This document shows positions 20,201 through 32,200 of a stretch of DNA of 61,337 bases, one piece after another. This stretch comes from Pirellulales bacterium (lineage in GTDB: Bacteria; Planctomycetota; Planctomycetia; Pirellulales; PLA5): contig JBBDYI010000374.1 in assembly GCA_040901705.1 (NCBI GenBank), forward strand, positions 1 through 61,337. The letters run 5' to 3'. Position numbers and translations under genes: made by a program. The notes under the pieces were generated by a model. That model saw only the letters and a program-made list of their open reading frames with translations, was not told where the DNA came from and did not search any database. How positions within the stretch are numbered: position 1 is the stretch's first letter; every line of letters begins with the position of its first letter.

Positions 20201-23200
20201 GTCTGTCGGAGAACTGTCCGATGTGGTGAATGCTCGTTTTTCCGCGATGGCCGACGTGAATCTGCGCCTGGCCACAAGTTTCGTCACCGACGCGCGGTTT
20301 CCGTCGATATCGGCCGACTTTCATCTGGATTGGACGTTCCTTAATGCCAATCCAAGCGGCAATCCGGCGGCGCTGGGAAACCGTCCGCACGTTGTGTTCT
20401 CCAACATCACGCTGCCAATCGCCGAGTTTTTCGACCACTTCGCGGGCCCGATTCTCGGCCAAATCAAAGACTTGATCGAGCCGATCCAGCCCCTGATCAA
20501 GTTCTTGACTGACCCACTGCCCGTGATTTCCGATTTGCCGGGCATCGACGACGTTTCGATTCTCGACATCATCGCCGTGCTGCCGCCGATCAATGGCATC
20601 GACATCACGCAAGATCAAGTCGAGTTCTTCGAGGCGGCGGCCCGGCTGATCGGGCTGATCGACAAGATTCCCGAAAACTTCGCCGACTTGCAAATCGCAT
20701 TGGGCAGCTTTGAAATCGGCGGCCAAGGGGGAACTGGCGACCTGCGGCGGATTCTAGGCTCGGTCTCCGACGACGACCTCGATCACGTCCAGGAAATGGA
20801 CACCGCACCGCAGCTTCAACAGGATCACGACGTCGGCGACTTTTTCGACGAGGCCGCGGACATCGACGGCGGCGTCTCCTTTCCGATTCTCACGGACCCT
20901 AGCCAGGTGTTCGAATTGTTGCTCGGCGGCGATGCGACGCTGTTCAAGTATCAGTTGCCGGAGCTGCGCGCCGAACTGACGTTCAAACGCGAATGGCAGC
21001 CGTTTCCGCCGGTTCCTCTGTTCGGCACGTTCCGCGGCGTCCTCGGCGCTACCGCCAATCTCGGTTTCGGCTACGACACCTCTGGATTGCGGCGTTATCG
21101 CGAGTCGGGCGACTGGCGCGACGTATTCGGCGGTTTCTTCATCGACGATCACGCCACGTACGACAGCCGCGGCGAGCCGATCAAAGACGACCCCGAAGCC
21201 ACGATTTACGGCAGCGTCACCGTCGGCGTCCAACTCGGAACCGGCATCGCCGGCGGCATCGAGGGCGGTCTGTTCGGAACCGTAAACATCGACTTGATGG
21301 ACCCGATTCCCGACGGCGCGGTCCACTTCGACGAGCTGGTGGCCAGTCTCGACGAAGGCCTGCTTTGCACGTTCGCCGTCAGCGGCGAAGTCCGTGCGAA
21401 GATCCTTGCCTACCTGGAAGTGGCCGGCGAACGGACGAGCGAGAAAAAACTCGGCGAGTCGGGACCGATTCTGTCGTTCGATTTGAGTCCCGACCAGTGC
21501 TTCTCCTCGCGCTTCGAGTCGAACAACGTCATCGACACAGCGGCGGACATCGGCGTGGCGCCGGGCATTCACCTCGCCGATTTGAGTCTGATGCCGGCCG
21601 GAGACACCGATTGGTATCGCTTCGATCTATTGCGGCCCGACAGCGTGACGATCGTCGCCAAGGGCGATGTCAAGCTGGAGGCGACCAACGCCAACGGGAG
21701 CCTGCTCGGCCGCGGCACGGACGAGGGAGGCAAGACGCGGCTAACGCTGCAGAATCTTGCCGCCGGCACATATTACGTTCACGTTTACGGTAACGCCGTC
21801 GGGAATTACGATCTTTCGATCGACGCGGCTACGGGAACATCACATAGCGGATTACTGGGACCGCAAGGTACGCCGACCCGCGTGTTCTACGTCAATGACC
21901 CGACCGTCACCGATCCAACGGTCGCCAGCTTCTACTCGCTCGAACCGGGCGACGACGCGAACGATGGCCTATCGCCGCGGACGCCCAAAGCGACGGTCCA
22001 AAGCGTACTGGCGACGTATGATCTTGGCGAAAACGATTTGGTGCTGATCGACAGCGGTGCGTATGGTTCGGGCGCAATCACGCTTGGCGTGGCGGATTCC
22101 GGCGCGATGTTCGCCGGCGCGCCTGAGGGAAGCGTGTTCGGCTCCGGATCGCGGTGGCGGCTCGTCGGAGCCGACGACGTCGTGATCGACGCGCTGACGT
22201 TCGAAGGCGGCGGCGGGCCGGCGATAGAAATTGACTATGCTCGCACGATGCCGGCGGACGAATCCAACGACAACGTCCTGCGCCGGATCGTATTTCGCGA
22301 CGTGGGCACGGCGATTCGGATCGATCGCGGGTCGGGAAACCTCGTCGAACGGAACCGGATCGATGGCGCCGCGGCGCTGGGCATCGATGCCGTTTCGCCG
22401 ACGGCTCTGACCATCCGCGACAACGAATTCTTCGACACGCCAACGGCGATCCGGTTGGATCGCGCTCCGGGCGGGGTCGTCCAAGCCAATACGATCTTCG
22501 GCGCGACGGCGACGGCGATTCACACCATCGACGCGACGGGGACCATCATCCGCACGAACGTCATTGAGGACGCGGCGACCGGCATTCTGATCGTCGGCGG
22601 AGATGGAACGACCGTCGACGACAACGCGATCCTCGCGACAAATACGGGCGTCCTGGCGCAGAACGCAGCAGACCTTACCGTTAGTGGAAACGTGTTGACC
22701 GCCGTTCAAACGGGCGTGCGATTGGAGGATGTGCAATCTGGTGCGCTCATCAACAATGTCGTAACGGCCACAGGTCTCTACGGAATGTGGTTGCGAGGCG
22801 GAGGAGCGTGGACGATCCGCGGTAACGTCGTCGAAGGGGCGGCCGAGGGAGTACTGATTAGCACGACCAGCGGCCAATCGCTCGACTTGAACGCCCGGAA
22901 TAACTTGGTAACCGCCAGCAGCACCGGCTTTCGCGTGGCCGACGCGGGAGTCAGCGGCCGGCTCACCGCCAACGAATTCCACGACAGCGGCACGGGGCTG
23001 ATCGTCACGGCGAGCGGAGTCGAGGTCGACGACAACGAGTTCCGCGGCAATCAGACAGGGTTGCGGCTCAGCGGAAGCGCAGCGACCGTGCATGACAACG
23101 ACATGCATCACAACGCGATCGGCGTCCATGTCACTTCCGGTGTGGCCAACATTTACGGTAACTCGATTCACGACAACACGGTCGGCGTGCGAAGCGACGC

Positions 23201-26200
23201 AACGTTCGGCCCGGCAAGCTGGTCGATGGCCGATCCGAACGACGTGTTTCGAAACGCGACCGGCATCGAAGCGCTCGGCGGCGCGACGATCCAGTTCAAC
23301 CGCCTGCACCATAACGTAATCGGCGTCCGCGTGGCCGGCGCGGCGCACGTGCATCACAACGTCGCCTATCGAAACACAGACGCCGGCATCTTGGTCAGTG
23401 CCGTTACCGGCGCGACGGTTGAGAGCAACACGATTTACGCGCCCGCTGGCGATGCCGTCCGCTTGGATGGCCCAACCACCAACCTCGTCCTGCGCAATAA
23501 CGTCCTGTGGGCCGAGAGTGGATTCGCGCTGGCGTCGCCGACCGACAACCATGCGGGTCTGGTGAGCGATTTCAACAATCTGTACGTTTCCGGTTCCGGC
23601 AAACTCGTGCTGTGGAAGAAGGAGATCAATGACCTGTTGAACTGGCAGGTGGAAACGGATTTCGACATGCATTCGATCGGTTACACGACCATCGACCCCG
23701 GGCGCGACAATCCGCGGTTCGTCGATCTGGCCAACGACGACTATCACTTGCTCGACGCAGTGTCGACCAGTATCGACGCGGGCGACCGGCTGGCGGCGTT
23801 CAATGCCGAACCGGTGCCCAACGGGGGCCGGATTGACCTCGGCGCCTACGGCAACACGTCGGAGGCGGCGATGTCTCCGGCCAGCTCTCGACTTGAGATC
23901 GACTATCCCAATTACTACACCGACTGGACGACCGACGAGGGGCGATTCATTCGCTGGGCCGGGTACAACGTCGCCGGCAACGTTCACATCGAACTGTACG
24001 AGGAGGGAGTCGGCAAGATCGGCGACGTGGCCGTGGTGTCGGCGAGCGCCGGTCCCTACCTATGGTCGCCTGGCGACAACGGCCTCGCCGGCGACCCGAC
24101 GCGACGCTATCGATTGCGGATTTCCTCGGTGAACGACCCGGCGGTGTTCATCTTCTCGCGCGAGACGTTCAGCGTGCCGCCAGAGACCGCGGTGTTTTAC
24201 GTCAACGACGCTTTGACCCCGCAGGACGAGTACGCAACGGCCGCCGGCAACAATCGCAGCACGGGACGCACGCCAGCCGATCCCAAACCCAGCCTGCTGG
24301 CCGTGCTGAAGTCTTACGACCTGGACGCGGGCGACACGGTTTACGTCGATGCCGGGGAGTACCGCCACCTTGCCGATGCGGTCTTGAGCGGCGATCTTGC
24401 CATCGGCAATGACGAAGGTATGACCGTGACGGGACCAGGCGATTCTGCGCGCGTGGCGCGGCTCGTGCAGTTCAGCGACCGTCCCAGCCAGGCCGCGATT
24501 GATGTAAACAACGCCGACTTTGTCACGATCAGCCACCTCACGCTTGTCGGCGCTCCGACGGGGCTGTGGGTGCGGAATGGCGCCACCGATTTTCGAGCCG
24601 TTTTCGTCACGACAAATGGCCATGTTCTGGACGGACTACGCATCGACACCGGATCGTCGGCCGCGTCGTTGGCGTCCATCATCGCGATCGACAATGGGCG
24701 GTACGGGATCAATACCCAGGGACCATTGGGCGAGTTGGTCGACAGCACGATCTACGGCAATCGCAACACGGGCGTGTTGCTGAGCGCCTCAGGCAGCCCG
24801 CTCGTCGCGAATAACCTAATTCACAGCAATCGGGGTGATGGCATCACGATTCCGGGTGCGGAAGGCGCCCGGATCGAGGCGAACCGCATCTACGGCAATT
24901 TGGGGCAAGGTCTTCTGCTTTCGGCAAGCGGACTGCTGACGACAATCGGCCACGACGATTTGTCGCTCGGCCGCGGAAACATCGTGTACGACAACGGCCA
25001 GAACGGCATCTATGCCACCGGCGCCGTGCGTGTCGTCGGCAATACAGTGTATGGTCACTCGGCGAACAATCAAATCGGCATCTACGGCGCCAAAGAGATC
25101 ACTTCCAACGTCGTGTTTGGCAATGACATCGGCATCCACAGCACCGACACCGTTTCGACCAATCGCGTCTACCAGAACCGCACCACGGGCATCGTAACGG
25201 GAGCTTCCGGCCGAGTTTCCGGCAACGTCGTCTACTCCAACGGCGTCGGCATTCAAATCGGGTGTTGCGGCCTTTACAACGCCGCGGAACTGACGAACAA
25301 CCTGGTCTATGCCAACGCGACCATTGGAATCAGGGCGTATCCGGGCAATGGGATCAAGCTCATCAACAACACGGTTTACCAGCCGTTCGGCAATGCGCTC
25401 GTCTTCGAAGGCGACACGACCGCGTTCGCGATGCGCAACAACATATTCTCCGTGGCCGTCGGCTATGCGATCAACGCCGGGAGCTTCAACCTGCCGCAAT
25501 TGGCGAGCGACTACAACAACTTTTTCGTGACCGGGACGGGGCAGGTCGGTGTGTGGCAGGGAATCGCACGCGCTACGCTTGCCCAATGGCGTTCGGCGTC
25601 GTTTACCGACGGCAACAGCCTGGCGCAGAACCCGCTGTTCATCGACCCGGACGGCGGCGACAACCTAATCGGCTATTCGAGCGTTCTGGCGGACGGGCGC
25701 GACGATGATTTTCATCTGCAAGGCCTATATGGAAGCTTCCACGGCGGCTCGTCGGCGCCAGTCGTCGCCACGGCGCCTGGCCTGCCGGTGGCGATGCCGC
25801 CGATGGAATCTCTCGACGCCGCGCAATCGCCGCTGATCGACGTCGGCGCGGCGTCGGACTCGTTCGCTGCCGAGCCGCTTCCCAATGGCGGGTTCGTGAA
25901 CCTCGGCACCTACGGCAACACGCCCCAGGCGTCGAAGAGCCCACCGACGTACGTGCGTGTATTGTCGCCAGACGGCGGCGAAGCGTGGCCCGTCGAGCAA
26001 TCGTTCGCGATTCGCTGGCGGAGTAACGACCCTCTCGCAGGTTACGCGCTGGCCTTCGATGGCATGGACGACTACGTGGCGATTGCCGAACCAACCGACG
26101 GTAGCCTAGACTTGGGAACATCGGCCACTCTCGAAGCGTGGGTCAAGTTCGCCGCGCTTCCTAACAATTCGTTGGCGACGATTCTCAGTAAGGATCAAGG

Positions 26201-29200
26201 TGGTGGACAGCAAAACAAGTGGATATTCGGCTACGCGCGGAACTATGGCAATATCGCCAACGCCACGTTTTTCCACATCAACTCGCCGGCCGGCGGGGCG
26301 GTATTTCTCACTTCTAACCCCTGGACGCCCGACATAGGGCGGTGGTATCACCTCGCCGTCGTGCGCAGCGGCAATCAGTTCGACTTCTACCGCGATGGCG
26401 TGCTCGACGGAACGGCGACCACCGCGTTCGCGGTTCCGCAGGTCGCGTACCCAGTTGAAATCGGTCGCGCCGAAGGGTTCGCGTATTTCAACGGCACGCT
26501 CGATGACGTGCGCATCTGGAATACGAGCCGTCAGCCGGCCGAGATTCAGGCCGCGATGACCGAAGGCGTTACCGGTGGTGAAGCGGGACTCGTCGCCGCA
26601 TGGGATTTTCAGCAGGGCGTGGGAAATATCGCGATTGATCGCACGCCGCACGGCCACGACGGCACACTCGGCGGCGGCATCGCCACGCGACGACCGGCTT
26701 GGGTGACGCGGACGCAAGCCGTGACGGTCGATATCGACTTGCTTCAGGCAGGAGAACAAGCGTCGGTTCTGTCCATCGCCGACGATACTCCCAACGACGG
26801 CGAGTTTGTGTGGACCGTGCCGTTGACGCTTGAACCGGCGGCGGATTATGCGATTCGCGTGACGCGGACCGACAACGGAGCTACCGATGCCAGCAATGCC
26901 GCCTTTTCCATTTCGCCGCCGGTGAATCACTACTATGTCAACGACGCCACGGTTGACGCGGGGGATTGGACAACAGCGTCTGGCAACGACGCCAACGATG
27001 GTTTGACGCCGGGATCGCCGAAGGCGTCGGTACGCGCAATTCTCGAAACGTACGATCTCGGACCGACCGATACGGTGCTGGTCGACGCCGGCCTGTATCT
27101 GTTGACGACCAACCTGACGATTACCGCCGCCGATTCCGGCGTAACGATTGTCGGCTATCACGACGCGGCGTTCCCCGACCGACGCGCCGTTTTGAATCGC
27201 GGTGCGACGGCGGCGAGCAATCACGTGTTCGAGTTGGTCAACGCCGACGACGTGACGCTGGACCACTTGTCGCTGACGGGCGGGTATTACGCGGTGTACG
27301 CCGTGTCCGGGTCCGACAGCGACCGGCTGACGCTGTCGAACAACGACATTTCCGGCTACGCGGGCGTGAGGCTCGAACTTGCCAACGATGGCGCGGTGAT
27401 CGTCGGCAACTTCGTCCACGACCTGGCCAGTGGAGCGTATTACCTTTACGTGCATGGCTTCGACTCCACAGTCGTCGGCAACCGGATCGGACGCAACGGC
27501 GCCGCGGCCGACGGCACCGGCGTGAACCTGGGCGGCGAGCGGAACACGATCCAAGGAAACGAAATCTGGAACTTGAACTACGGTATCACCAACGGGGGCG
27601 GCGGCAGCGGCGCGGCCAATCGCAACGTGATCGTGGGGAACCTGATCCACGACAACCTGTACGTCGGCATCCAGGATGGCGGCAACACGCTGATCACTGG
27701 CAACACGGTGTACGGCCAACGCGGGCCGGGCGACGTGGGCATCTTCGGCTATGGAGTTGGCCTCATCGAGAACAACGAAGTGTACGACAACGCCACCGGT
27801 CTGCAACTCCAGGGTGGCACGGCGCGCAACAACCGAGTGTACGGCAACAACCAGATCGGCATCGTCACCGGCGCCAGCGCCGTCATCACCGGCAACACGG
27901 TGTACTCGAACCCGCTAGGCATCCAAGTCGGCTGCTGCGGACTCTACAACGCGGCCCAGGTGACCAATAACCTCGTCTACGCCAATACGACGGCTGGGAT
28001 TCTGATCGGGCGATCTTATGCGGCGAACGGCGTGCTGATCGGCAACAACACGGTCTATCAACTTCAAGGCGATGCCTTGGTGTTCGAAGGGGACACATCG
28101 CTGGTTAGCGTGAAGAACAACGTACTTGTGTCCGGCGGTTATGTTATCAACGGCGCGAGTTACAACTTGTTGGGACTGACGAGTGACTACAACGTCCTCA
28201 ATGCAACCGGCGCGGCGAAACTTGCCCGCTGGCAGAACCGCGATTTCACCAGCCGCGTCGACTGGTTCTATGAACTGGGGCTGGACGCCCACAGCCAGAC
28301 CGTCGATCCTCAATTCGTCGACATCGATGGCCCGGATAATCAACTTGGCTACGTATCGGGCGTGGACTACGGTCTGGACGATGATTTCAGCTTGCTGACG
28401 ACATCGCCCGGCGTCGACGCGGGAAATCCGGCGGACTCGTTCGTGCTGGAACCAAACCCGAACGGGGGTCGGATCAACATCGGACATCAGGGCAACACGC
28501 CGCAGGCCACGAACAGCCCGCTGCAAACGGTGCAAGTCCTGTCGCCCAACGGTTTGGAAAAATTCGAGACGAACCAGACCGTGGCGATCCAATGGCGTTC
28601 GGCCGGACTGCCGGTCGAGGCCACCGTGGCGATCGACGTTTCGATCGATGACGGAATGTCTTGGACGCCGCTTGCCGCCGGCTTGCCGGGCAATGGCACT
28701 TATGCCTTTACGCCCACGGTTGCGACGTTGGGCAATCTGGCTCTGGTTCGCGTGCGGGCCGACACGCCACTCGCGCCGCAAGACACGAGCGACACCGCGT
28801 TCCTGATCGCCAACAGCGGCGCGGACTATTACGTCAACGACGGCGCGACGACCGGTGACGCATTTACGACGGCTCTGGGCGACAACGCCAACAGCGGCAA
28901 GAGTCCGTCGTCGCCGATGGCCAGCCTGTCGGCGTTGCTCGCAGCCTATGACCTGGATTCGGGCGACGTGGTCCACGTCGATGCGGGTACGTACGACCTA
29001 GTCAAGAATGTCGTCATCACCAGTCAAGACAGCGGCGTGCGGATCGAAGGACCAACAACGGCTGCGGCGATTCTCAACCGCGGCGCGGTGGCCAGCAGCA
29101 ATCACGTGTTCGAGTTAGTCAACGCCGACGACGTGACGCTGGACCACTTGTCGCTGACGGGCGGCTACCACGCGGTGTACGCTGCTTCCGGTTCCGACAG

Positions 29201-32200
29201 CGACCGGTTGACCCTCTCGAACAACGACATCTACGGCTACGTGGGAGTGCATCTGGAATCCACCAACGACCAGGCGGTGATCGTGAATAACTTCGTCCAC
29301 GACCTGGCCAGCGGAGCGAATTACATCTTTGTGCGGGGCAACGACACCACGATCGTCGGAAATCGGATCGGCCGCACCGTTGCGACCGACGGCACGGGAT
29401 TGAGCCTGCACGGCGAGCGAAACAAGGCCCAAGCCAACGAAATATGGCACCTGAACTACGGGATCAACAACTCGGGCGGCGGCAGCGGCGAGGCCAACCG
29501 CAACGTGATCGTGGGGAACCTGATCCACGACAACCTGTACGCCGGCATCCAGAACGGCGGCAACGCGCATGTGACCGGCAACACGATATACGGCCAGCGA
29601 GAGTCGGTGGGCGACATGGGAATCCACAGCTTTGGAATCGGCCTCATCGAGAACAACGAGGTGTACGACAACGCGATCGGCATCGTGGTCTATGGCGGGC
29701 TGACCCGCAACAATCGCGTGTACCGCAACAGCCAGGTCGGCATCATGGCCACCCAATCGGCGATGGTGCAGGGAAACACGGTGTACTCGAACCCGCTAGG
29801 CCTCCAAGTCGGCTGCTGCGGCGTGTACAACTCCGCCCAGGTCACGAACAACCTCGTGTATGCCAATACGACGGCGGGTATTCTCGTGGGGCGAACGTAC
29901 GCGGCCAACGGCGCGCTCGTCGCTAACAACACGGTCTATCAGCCTCAAGGCGACGCCTTGGTCTTCGAGGCGGACACATTATTGGTTAGCGTGAAGAACA
30001 ACATCCTGGTCTCTGGCGGCGGGTATGTGATCAACGGCGGAGGCTACAACGTGCTCGGCCTCGCGAGCGATTACAACCTGCTATTCGCATCCGGGTCGGC
30101 CAAGTTGGCGCGTTGGCAAAATCGTGATTTCACCAGTCGCGCAGATTGGTTCTATGAACTGGGATTCGACACCCACAGCCAGACCGTCGATCCGCAATTC
30201 GTCGACATCGACGGTCTGGATAATCAACTTGGTTTTGTGAGTGGCGTTGACTATGGCTTGGATGACAATTTCAGCTTGCTGACGACTTCGCCTGGCGTCG
30301 ACGCGGGAAATCCGGCGGATGCCTTCGCGTTGGAATCCAGCCCCAACGGCGGCCAGATCAACTCGGGGCACCACGGCAACACGCCGCAGGCGACCAACAG
30401 CCCGCTGCAATTGGTGCAGATCCTTTCGCCCGACGGACTGGAGAAGGTCGAACGCGGACAATCGGTCGCCATTCAATGGTCGTTTCACGGGCTCCCTGCA
30501 AACGGCGATCAGGACGCCTTATTGGCGCACGCGCCGCTGGTCTATTATCGATTCGACGAATCTAGCGGCACTGTGGCCGTGGATTCTTCGGCCAATGCCC
30601 TGCACGCGACGTACACGAATGGTGTGACGCTGGGAACCACTGGCGGACTGAGCGATGCCACGAATCGTGCCGCCCGATTCGACGGCCAGAACGATTACGT
30701 GGCCGTGCCGGCAACGAATCTCTTCGATACCGCGCAACTTTCAGTCGAGGCTTGGGTCAACCCCGATCCCGCGACCGCGGATTTCACGCCCGTGCTGCTC
30801 AAGACCAGCTCGGATGCGTGGGATGACGGCTGGGGATTGTTTTGGAACGGCGCGGGAAGCCTGCGGTTCTTTGTCAATCACTGGTACGACTCGGCGTCGG
30901 CCGCCGTCGACGTCGCCGTGCCGACGAACGCCTGGTCGCACGTGGCCGCGACTTACGACGGGGCGATGGTCCGAATTTATCTCAACGGAACGCTGGCCGC
31001 CGCCAAAGCGTATACGTCGCCAATCCGCCACGGCAGCCGACCGTTGTCGATCGGGCAGCGGGAATGCTGCAGTCCCCGCTACTGGAAGGGCGGGCTGGAC
31101 GAAGTCGCCGTATACGGCGTTGCGCTGTCGGCCGTCGCGGTTCAAGCACACTATTTGCGACAGAGTTATGGCACGGCACGCATCGAACTGTTCGGCGCGA
31201 ACGATCCGACGCCCGTGCTGACCATTGCCACGACCACGCCAAACAGCAACAGGTACGATTGGACGGTTCCTGCGAATCTCGCAGAGGGAGAGTATCGGAT
31301 CCGAGTCACCGCCAATTCCGGACTACAGCCCGAGGACACGTCGGATGCGTCGTTCCTGATCGCCAACAGCGGCGCGGACTATTACGTCAACGACGGCGCG
31401 ACGACCGGTGACGCATTTACGACGGCTCTGGGCGACAACGCCAACAGCGGCAAGAGTCCGTCGTCGCCGATGGCCAGCCTGTCGGCGTTGCTCGCAGCCT
31501 ATGACCTGGATTCGGGCGACGTGGTCCACGTCGATGCGGGTACGTACGACCTAGTCAAGAATGTCGTCATCACCAGTCAAGACAGCGGCGTGCGGATCGA
31601 AGGACCAACAACGGCTGCGGCGATTCTCAACCGCGGCGCGGTGGCCAGCAGCAATCACGTGTTCGAGTTAGTCAACGCCGACGACGTGACGCTGGACCAC
31701 TTGTCGCTGACGGGCGGCTACCACGCGGTGTACGCTGCTTCCGGTTCCGACAGCGACCGGTTGACCCTCTCGAACAACGACATCTACGGCTACGTGGGAG
31801 TGCATCTGGAATCCACCAACGACCAGGCGGTGATCGTGAATAACTTCGTCCACGACCTGGCCAGCGGAGCGAATTACATCTTTGTGCGGGGCAACGACAC
31901 CACGATCGTCGGAAATCGGATCGGCCGCACCGTTGCGACCGACGGCACGGGATTGAGCCTGCACGGCGAGCGAAACAAGGCCCAAGCCAACGAAATATGG
32001 CACCTGAACTACGGGATCAACAACTCGGGCGGCGGCAGCGGCGAGGCCAACCGCAACGTGATCGTGGGGAACCTGATCCACGACAACCTGTACGCCGGCA
32101 TCCAGAACGGCGGCAACGCGCATGTGACCGGCAACACGATATACGGCCAGCGAGAGTCGGTGGGCGACATGGGAATCCACAGCTTTGGAATCGGCCTCAT

